Below, piece after piece: positions 58,370 to 64,000 of a DNA stretch of 64,000 bases. Position numbers and translations under genes: made by a program. Position 1 is the stretch's first letter; the number at the start of each line of letters is the position of its first letter. The notes under the pieces were generated by a model, which made no database searches, was not told the DNA's origin, and worked only from the letters and a program-made list of their open reading frames with translations. The stretch is from the sequence record PV340851.1. One strand, 5' to 3'.

Positions 58370-58603
58370 CGTTCATCTTATGCTCAGCACTCTGCTGGCA
58401 TTGACCCTTGCCCATCATAATGATGCATCACCCTATGGGTGGCACATGAGTTGTGAAAGGTTCCTCCAGAAACGAATTGAAATCCTTATGGATGACAATT
58501 TGGATCGACGTTCTAAATATAATCTACTAGGTTATTTTAGATCGAAGGTTGAAGGTCAATGTGAACAGACCTTAGTATAAGACGCAAGTAAGTCGCGGAA
58601 CGG
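58370..58603 (+). ncRNA. Glutamine-II (Downstream-peptide)-like aptamer 1 with ORF-filled loop
   Basis: CGTTCA...GACGCAA...GGAACGG; P1 CGTTC/GAACG; P2 TCTTATG/TATAAGA. Confidence 0.65.
58380..58580 (+). CDS. Small two-Cys protein nested in aptamer 1 (66 aa)
   Basis: Hydrophobic N-terminus; SC-x12-DDNL-x4-K-x2-L-x4-R-x6-C. Confidence 0.7.
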   Translation: MLSTLLALTLAHHNDASPYGWHMSCERFLQKRIEILMDDNLDRRSKYNLLGYFRSKVEGQCEQTLV

Positions 58604-58605
58604 AG

Positions 58606-58791
58606 CGTTCATCCCATGGTAGAATTACTACTGTACACCACACTCAGTTGCCAACAAACCGATGCTTTGATGCTGAGGATTAAGGCACATGATAACCTTA
58701 GCGATATGCTTAAGGTTGAACTGATCGAGACCGTAAGGGAATCGGCACCAGAATGTGATTGGTACTGGGACGCAAACGACTGAAGGAACGG
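58606..58791 (+). ncRNA. Glutamine-II (Downstream-peptide)-like aptamer 2 with ORF-filled loop
   Basis: CGTTCATCCCA...TGGGACGCAAACGACTGAAGGAACGG; P1 CGTTC/GAACG; P2 TCCCA/TGGGA. Confidence 0.75.
58616..58783 (+). CDS. Small two-Cys protein nested in aptamer 2 (55 aa), not in ORF track
   Basis: MVELLLYTTLSCQQTDALMLRIKAHDNLSDMLKVELIETVRESAPECDWYWDAND; paralogous pattern to the 58380 ORF. Confidence 0.7.
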   Translation: MVELLLYTTLSCQQTDALMLRIKAHDNLSDMLKVELIETVRESAPECDWYWDAND

Positions 58792-58850
58792 ATAAACGGA
58801 TCCACCGTAAGGTGAGAAGGTTAATCATCCATTCTTTTAGGAGACCTACA

Positions 58851-59018
58851 ATGAACACACTCAACCTAATCAAAAAGCAGATCAAGAAAGCATCTGCACT
58901 TCACGACGCACAAGTTCTTCACACCGTTTATCGTGGTGTTAAGTATGATACTAAGTGTGTAGAAAGCAAAGATACTCATGGTGTCTTCTGCTATCGTGGC
59001 AATACTTACGATAAGTGA
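58851..59018 (+). CDS. DUF4278-like small protein
   Basis: SD AGGAG; YRGVKY and YRG motifs. Confidence 0.75.
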   Translation: MNTLNLIKKQIKKASALHDAQVLHTVYRGVKYDTKCVESKDTHGVFCYRGNTYDK

Positions 59019-59046
59019 GAGGCAACTCTTTCTAGCAAGTAAATAA

Positions 59047-59074
59047 GAGGGGCACTTGACATGCCCCTTTTTTT
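59047..59074 (+). terminator. Intrinsic terminator closing the riboswitch operon
   Basis: GGGGCA-CTTGACA-TGCCCC plus T7. Confidence 0.75.
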
Positions 59075-59079
59075 GTATT

Positions 59080-59502
59080 ATGATGTATGAGTATCACTAC
59101 CATGAATGCAACTGGTCTCCTGCATATGGTGACTGGAGAATACATTCATTGAGTGAAGATAACAATTTAATACTACCCATTCAAAAGATAGAACATCTTC
59201 TTACTGAAGATAAATTGCAACTAGTACAGCACAAAGACATAGCATGGAAGGGAAAGCATCTATATCCATTCCATAATCTAGAGAATTGTGTGTGTTGTGA
59301 GGGCAAACGTTATGCATCGTGTGACATAAAGTATCCTGGTATCATTACCGAAGGACACAATCCATACGATAATAAATATCGTATGATAGATGGTAAGCAT
59401 CGAATGCAAAAGATGAGATACCTAGGTATGACACAGAGTCAATACTATCTCATCCCTTTCAACGAACTTATTCCATTCATTATTGAGTCGCCTTATGGAT
59501 AA
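59080..59502 (+). CDS. ParB/Srx-N-like domain protein
   Basis: KYPGII...YRMIDGKHR. Confidence 0.55.
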   Translation: MMYEYHYHECNWSPAYGDWRIHSLSEDNNLILPIQKIEHLLTEDKLQLVQHKDIAWKGKHLYPFHNLENCVCCEGKRYASCDIKYPGIITEGHNPYDNKYRMIDGKHRMQKMRYLGMTQSQYYLIPFNELIPFIIESPYG

Positions 59503-59656
59503 AGACAGATTGAAAATGATCTATAAAAATCTCAAGTCTATTTGCAACGCACTTGAGTCAGAAATTTATTCCGATCCAACTGCATACACAACGTATGTAC
59601 CAGAGGGTCGAGGAAAGTTCCAAGATAGTTACGATGATGATGGAGATCCTGATTAA
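59495..59656 (+). CDS. Small hypothetical protein (53 aa), not in ORF track
   Basis: MDKDRLKMIYKNLKSICNALESEIYSDP... Confidence 0.65.
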   Translation: MDKDRLKMIYKNLKSICNALESEIYSDPTAYTTYVPEGRGKFQDSYDDDGDPD

Positions 59657-59835
59657 TGTACGAAGAACTAAATTGCTTTGAAGAAGCTCTCAAACATTTC
59701 GGCACCCGCGTTGAGATCATCACTGCTATGGAAGTGTCAAGGAGAATCACTCCTGAAGATGCATACCAGATGATCAAAGACGAACTCAAAGAAGTTAAGA
59801 AGTGCCGTAAACTATTCCAAAAGGAGGAATGCTAA
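59656..59835 (+). CDS. Small hypothetical protein (59 aa), not in ORF track
   Basis: MYEELNCFEEALKHFGTRVEIITAME...EDAYQMIK; TAATG couplings. Confidence 0.7.
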   Translation: MYEELNCFEEALKHFGTRVEIITAMEVSRRITPEDAYQMIKDELKEVKKCRKLFQKEEC

Positions 59836-60065
59836 TGTCATCACCACGCCAGAGAGATCCATCCGATCCACTTTATGATCCCAACGATAAATGGAATGAA
59901 TACAAGGTAGATCTTCATTGTAATGAAGAACACCCAGAAGGAGAGTGGGATCCAAAGACTGAAGGTAAGATTGCCGATCCATCGACACGTCATCAAGACA
60001 AAGTATTAGATAAGTTCTGTGATGATCACCCTGGTTCACCTATGTGCAAAGTATTTGATGAATAA
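59835..60065 (+). CDS. CP12-C-terminal-motif protein
   Basis: C-terminal FCDDHPGSPMCKVFDE (CxxxPxxxxC); non-canonical N-terminus. Confidence 0.6.
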   Translation: MSSPRQRDPSDPLYDPNDKWNEYKVDLHCNEEHPEGEWDPKTEGKIADPSTRHQDKVLDKFCDDHPGSPMCKVFDE

Positions 60066-60699
60066 TGTAGAGCTGGTCACGGTTACCCCTGACGCTGAAA
60101 AAACAATCGGGTACATCGCCCGAGTAAGCAACCCAAACAATCAAGATAATCCTAAGGTTGCAGGACTACTACGCTACTGTATTCAACATGGACATTGGTC
60201 TGTGTTCGAGCAAGCACACATGACTTTGGAAATAAATACGACCCGTGCCATCGCAGCTCAAATTTTGAGACACCGATCGTTCACGTTCCAAGAGTTTTCG
60301 CAACGCTATGCAGAAACAAACCTTCTCTCCCAAGAGATTCCTGTCCCAGATCTTCGATCTCAGGATCACAAGAATAGACAGAACTCATTGGATGATATCA
60401 GCCCCGAAAAGAAGTCTGTACTACAGGGGCAGATTCAGAGACATTTTACTGAGAGCCTCGATCTCTATAACGAGCTTCTTCGCCAAGGGATTGCTAAAGA
60501 GTGTGCCCGTTTTGTGCTTCCTCTTGCTGTTCGTACTCGTCTCTTTATGACAGGTAATCTTCGCAGTTGGATGCATTATATTGATCTAAGATCTGCTCAT
60601 GGTACACAGAAAGAGCATATGGATATTGCTCAAGAATGTAAGCAAATCTTTATTGAACAATTCCCTGTGATTGCAGAAGCAAATGGTTACCTGTCATGA
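60058..60699 (+). CDS. thyX: Flavin-dependent thymidylate synthase
   Basis: HWSVFEQ, RHRSFTFQEFSQRY, ECARFVLP. Confidence 0.96.
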   Translation: MNNVELVTVTPDAEKTIGYIARVSNPNNQDNPKVAGLLRYCIQHGHWSVFEQAHMTLEINTTRAIAAQILRHRSFTFQEFSQRYAETNLLSQEIPVPDLRSQDHKNRQNSLDDISPEKKSVLQGQIQRHFTESLDLYNELLRQGIAKECARFVLPLAVRTRLFMTGNLRSWMHYIDLRSAHGTQKEHMDIAQECKQIFIEQFPVIAEANGYLS

Positions 60700-61225
60700 T
60701 GTCGCAAAACTAATCAGTGACCGTAAGATCGTAGCGATCTTTCAAGGACCAGATGAGGCAGGACCGAGAGCACTAGGCAATAGATCTATTCTTTATGATC
60801 CTAGAGACCCTAGTGCTAAGGCAAAGGTCAATAGAGTCAAGCGTAGAGAGTGGTATAGACCCTTCGCAGGGTCTATTATGCTTGAGTATGCTTCGGACTA
60901 CTTTGACATGGCAGGACTCCCTGAGAGTCCATACATGACCTATGCTATGGACGCTAGACCTGAAGTGTATGATATTATTCCTGGTATCCTACATCGTGAC
61001 AAGACCTGTCGCATACAGACAGTCACTGAACAACAGAATTATAATTACTATCATTTAATTGATGCCTTCCGTGAGATCACTGGTGTTCCTGTGCTATTCA
61101 ATACATCATTCAATCTAGGTGGAGAAACTATTGTCCACACAGAAGAGGATGCACTGGATACACTTAGACGATCTGAGATTGATTATGTTTACTTCCCTGA
61201 TAATGCAGAACTATGTACATACTAG
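60683..61225 (+). CDS. Carbamoyltransferase C-terminal domain (NodU/CmcH/TobZ family), stand-alone
   Basis: GPRALGNRSIL, KRREWYRPFA, RIQTV, NTSFNLGGE. Confidence 0.88.
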   Translation: MVTCHDVAKLISDRKIVAIFQGPDEAGPRALGNRSILYDPRDPSAKAKVNRVKRREWYRPFAGSIMLEYASDYFDMAGLPESPYMTYAMDARPEVYDIIPGILHRDKTCRIQTVTEQQNYNYYHLIDAFREITGVPVLFNTSFNLGGETIVHTEEDALDTLRRSEIDYVYFPDNAELCTY

Positions 61226-62310
61226 GCGTCAACATATCCCATCACCCATCATCATGTCTGTTGAAAGATGGTGAAGTACAATACTTTATCGAAGAAGAAC
61301 GACTGAACAAGACAAAGAATTGTCACATCGAAGAGAAGGAAGACCTTCCACAAAAGAATGGTGCTCTCAAGACTTTTCGTAATGGATTCAGTGCTGTTCC
61401 ACCTGTAAAACATATCGATCACATTATCTTTACGTCGTTTGGATCTGTTCATCATGATCCACGAAGGATGGAACTGGTAAAGAAGACACTTGCATCTGCA
61501 GGTATCACTTGGGGTGAGGTACATTACGATCACTTTGAGCATCACATCTATCATGCTGCTAATGCATTTTATATGTCTGGTGTAGATGATGCTGTTGCTA
61601 TCATTAAGGATGGTAGTGGAGCTCTGCAAGACTTCAAAGGTGTAGAGCATATTACTGATCAATACCTTCCCGATGAGGTAGCTTATCGAGAGATAGAATC
61701 CATATACAGTTGTAATTATGATGGCATTAAAGAATTAGAAAAACATTATTCTAATTTTGCTGGTGACTATAAGTATTTTGTCCGAGGGACTAGAACTTTC
61801 ACCTCTCATCTAGCATGTGGGTGGTTGTTCCAGAAAATATGTGCAATGATTGGATTCCATTATCGTGGTGCTGATGCTGGTAAACTAATGGGCATGGCAG
61901 CATACGGTGAGATAGTTCATGACAGACCATGGTACAAAGAACACAATGGATTTCTTCAGTCAGACAATAGAATTGTCTTTGAGGATACACAATCTATTGA
62001 TGCCGATAACTTTGAAACCATAGCAAACTTTGCTGCTAAACTGCAGCAAGAAACATGTGGATATACCATACACACGATTCAAAAAGTGATCGATAAGTAT
62101 AATCCTAAGAACATTGTACTGTCGGGTGGATATTTTATGAACTGTGTAAATAACTATAAGTATGTCAAGGCATTCCCTGACATCAATTTTTTTGTTGACC
62201 CAATTGCATTTGATTGTGGCACTGCCCTTGGTGCTGCGAAACTTTTGTGGTATAATATCAGCAAGTCTCAAACCAAACATCCACATAGCATTTACTTAGG
62301 ACACTACTAA
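61213..62310 (+). CDS. Carbamoyltransferase N-terminal domain, stand-alone
   Basis: ILGVN...H, EEERL.K.K, HH..HAANAF, DG.G, GKLMGMAAYG, SGGYFMNC, D.GTALGA. Confidence 0.88.
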   Translation: MYILGVNISHHPSSCLLKDGEVQYFIEEERLNKTKNCHIEEKEDLPQKNGALKTFRNGFSAVPPVKHIDHIIFTSFGSVHHDPRRMELVKKTLASAGITWGEVHYDHFEHHIYHAANAFYMSGVDDAVAIIKDGSGALQDFKGVEHITDQYLPDEVAYREIESIYSCNYDGIKELEKHYSNFAGDYKYFVRGTRTFTSHLACGWLFQKICAMIGFHYRGADAGKLMGMAAYGEIVHDRPWYKEHNGFLQSDNRIVFEDTQSIDADNFETIANFAAKLQQETCGYTIHTIQKVIDKYNPKNIVLSGGYFMNCVNNYKYVKAFPDINFFVDPIAFDCGTALGAAKLLWYNISKSQTKHPHSIYLGHY

Positions 62311-62549
62311 TGCCTACATATCCCGTAATAAATAAATCTACTGGGGAGACTAAAGAACTCCGCATGACCATGAAAGAATATTGTACCTGGAAGGATGAGA
62401 ATCCTGAATGGGATAAAGACTGGTCCGCTGGCGTTGCTGGCGTCGGTGAGGTTGGTGACCTCAGAAACAAGATGAACAAGACTCACCCTGGTTGGGGTGA
62501 GATTATGAGAAACGTTTCTAAAATGCCTGGTTCTACTGTCGAATGGTGA
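62310..62549 (+). CDS. Small conserved hypothetical protein
   Basis: MPTYPV.N..TGE motif. Confidence 0.75.
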   Translation: MPTYPVINKSTGETKELRMTMKEYCTWKDENPEWDKDWSAGVAGVGEVGDLRNKMNKTHPGWGEIMRNVSKMPGSTVEW

Positions 62550-62555
62550 TTACAT

Positions 62556-63308
62556 ATGCCTAGAGCGAGAAAGAAGATTCAACCCGACATCAATGGGATG
62601 AGTGCAAAACAAAAGAGAAGAAAGAAACCTATCAATGAGGACTATCTTCTTAACGTCGAACCACTCACTGATAATCAAAAAGTATTTTTTGAACAGTGGG
62701 ATGAAGGTAAGAACATCTATTCGTATGGTTGTGCGGGCACTGGTAAAACTTTCATTGCTCTATACTTAGCACTTCGTGATGTACTTAGTGACTACACACC
62801 ATATGAAAAGATCTACATCGTTCGTTCTCTAGTCTCTACTAGAGAGATTGGATTCCTACCTGGAACCCATGAAGATAAAGCATCATTGTATCAGATACCA
62901 TACAAGAACATGGTTCAAAACATGTTCGAGATGCCTGATGATGCATCGTTTGAGATGTTGTATGAGAATCTGAAGGCACAGGAAACTATTTCCTTCTGGT
63001 CTACATCATTCCTTCGTGGTACTACACTGGATAATTCTATCGTTATCATCGATGAGTGTCAGAACCTGAACTTCCATGAGTTAGATAGTATCATCACCCG
63101 TGTTGGACAAGACACTAAGATCATGTTCTGTGGTGATGCTCAACAGTCTGACCTGCAGAAGATGAATGAACGTAGTGGTATCATTGACTTCCAAAAGATT
63201 CTTGCTAGCATGGATGAGTTCTCACTCATTGAGTTTGGCATCGAAGACATCGTTCGTTCTGGTCTTGTCAAGTCCTACCTTATCTCTAAACTTAATCTAG
63301 GATTCTGA
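62556..63308 (+). CDS. phoH: PhoH-family ATPase
   Basis: GCAGTGKT, GFLPG, FLRGTT, IIDECQN, GDAQQSD, DIVRSG. Confidence 0.96.
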   Translation: MPRARKKIQPDINGMSAKQKRRKKPINEDYLLNVEPLTDNQKVFFEQWDEGKNIYSYGCAGTGKTFIALYLALRDVLSDYTPYEKIYIVRSLVSTREIGFLPGTHEDKASLYQIPYKNMVQNMFEMPDDASFEMLYENLKAQETISFWSTSFLRGTTLDNSIVIIDECQNLNFHELDSIITRVGQDTKIMFCGDAQQSDLQKMNERSGIIDFQKILASMDEFSLIEFGIEDIVRSGLVKSYLISKLNLGF

Positions 63309-63309
63309 T

Positions 63310-63996
63310 ATGATCTTTAATCACTTGGGACTACGCCCCATTGAATTATCAACAGTTACAATCGATGGGAAGAGATACTATGTTACCCCCGAAGGTAACA
63401 AGTATCCCTCAGTCACCACAGTGATTGGGAGTAATGCTAAAAAGCAAGCAGGCATTGCTAGATGGAGATCTAAGGTTGGGAAAGAGAAGGCACAAGCAGT
63501 CTCTAACCGTGCTGCAGGACGAGGCACTCGCTACCATAAACTGGTCGAAGACTACATCAACAATGAACTTGATGAGTCAAAGTATAGAGATCAACCCTTG
63601 CCATGGTTGATGTTCCACTCTAGTAAGCATGTTCTAGACCGCATAAATAAAGTATACCTACAAGAAGCAGCATTATATTCTGATCTTTTAAGAATTGCAG
63701 GACGTGTTGACTGCATTGCAGAATATGATGGTGTATTGTCCATCATCGACTTTAAGACTTCTGCCGAGCAGAAGAAAGAGGCGTGGTTGTACGATTATTA
63801 TGTTCAAGAGTGTGCTTACGCCTGTATGTTACAAGAAAGATATCAGTTGTCTGTAAAGCAACTGGTAACGATCGTCGCTTGCGAGAACAGTGACGTTCAA
63901 GTCTCTGTCGTTGAACCAAAGAAAGAATACTTCTTGAGGTTGCAGGAGTACATACAAGAATACGAAGATAAACATGGCAGAAAACTTGGAGGATAA
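63310..63996 (+). CDS. PD-(D/E)xK exonuclease (Cas4-like fold)
   Basis: YPSVTT, RGT..H, AGRVDC, IIDFKTS, Q...YA. Confidence 0.88.
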   Translation: MIFNHLGLRPIELSTVTIDGKRYYVTPEGNKYPSVTTVIGSNAKKQAGIARWRSKVGKEKAQAVSNRAAGRGTRYHKLVEDYINNELDESKYRDQPLPWLMFHSSKHVLDRINKVYLQEAALYSDLLRIAGRVDCIAEYDGVLSIIDFKTSAEQKKEAWLYDYYVQECAYACMLQERYQLSVKQLVTIVACENSDVQVSVVEPKKEYFLRLQEYIQEYEDKHGRKLGG

Positions 63997-64000
63997 ATTT

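Noticed and set aside
59056-59084. TTGACA-N17-TATGAT as the promoter of the 59080 ORF
   Set aside because: The -10 box overlaps the start codon, so the transcript would begin downstream of the ATG
63310-63996. Cas4-like nuclease as evidence of CRISPR-Cas
   Set aside because: It is the usual stand-alone exonuclease next to phoH in T4-like cyanophages; no array or other cas genes are present

Overview
This is a 64-kb segment of a lytic T4-like marine cyanophage (cyanomyovirus; probably Synechococcus-infecting, which is an inference). Gene order: gp46; an early-promoter-driven peptidase-VWA/CobS (MoxR) pair; the replication module (gp45, gp44, dam, gp62, regA, hsp20, gp43, uvsX, gp41, mazG); a late cluster of uncharacterised, probably head-associated proteins; gp61, nrdA, nrdB; petE with many small membrane/secreted ORFs; zwf, gnd, talC and two tRNAs; a flavin-dependent halogenase, a structured ncRNA, a small beta-barrel OMP and two hli genes; three large minus-strand tail/fibre genes; psbA; then glutaredoxin, rnh, speD, thyX, a split carbamoyltransferase, phoH and an exonuclease. 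I saw no CRISPR array, intron, intein, integrase or reverse transcriptase. The most striking unexplained structure is at 58332-59018: two tandem glutamine-II (Downstream-peptide)-like riboswitch aptamers, each with a complete small paralogous ORF nested in its variable stem-loop, upstream of a DUF4278-like gene. Other highlights are a dnaX-type -1 frameshift site (21385), a nuclease/ligase-like/cytidyltransferase trio, a three-unit pseudoknot-repeat ncRNA, and a split carbamoyltransferase with reversed domain order. All family assignments come from motif recognition by eye; no database searches were run.
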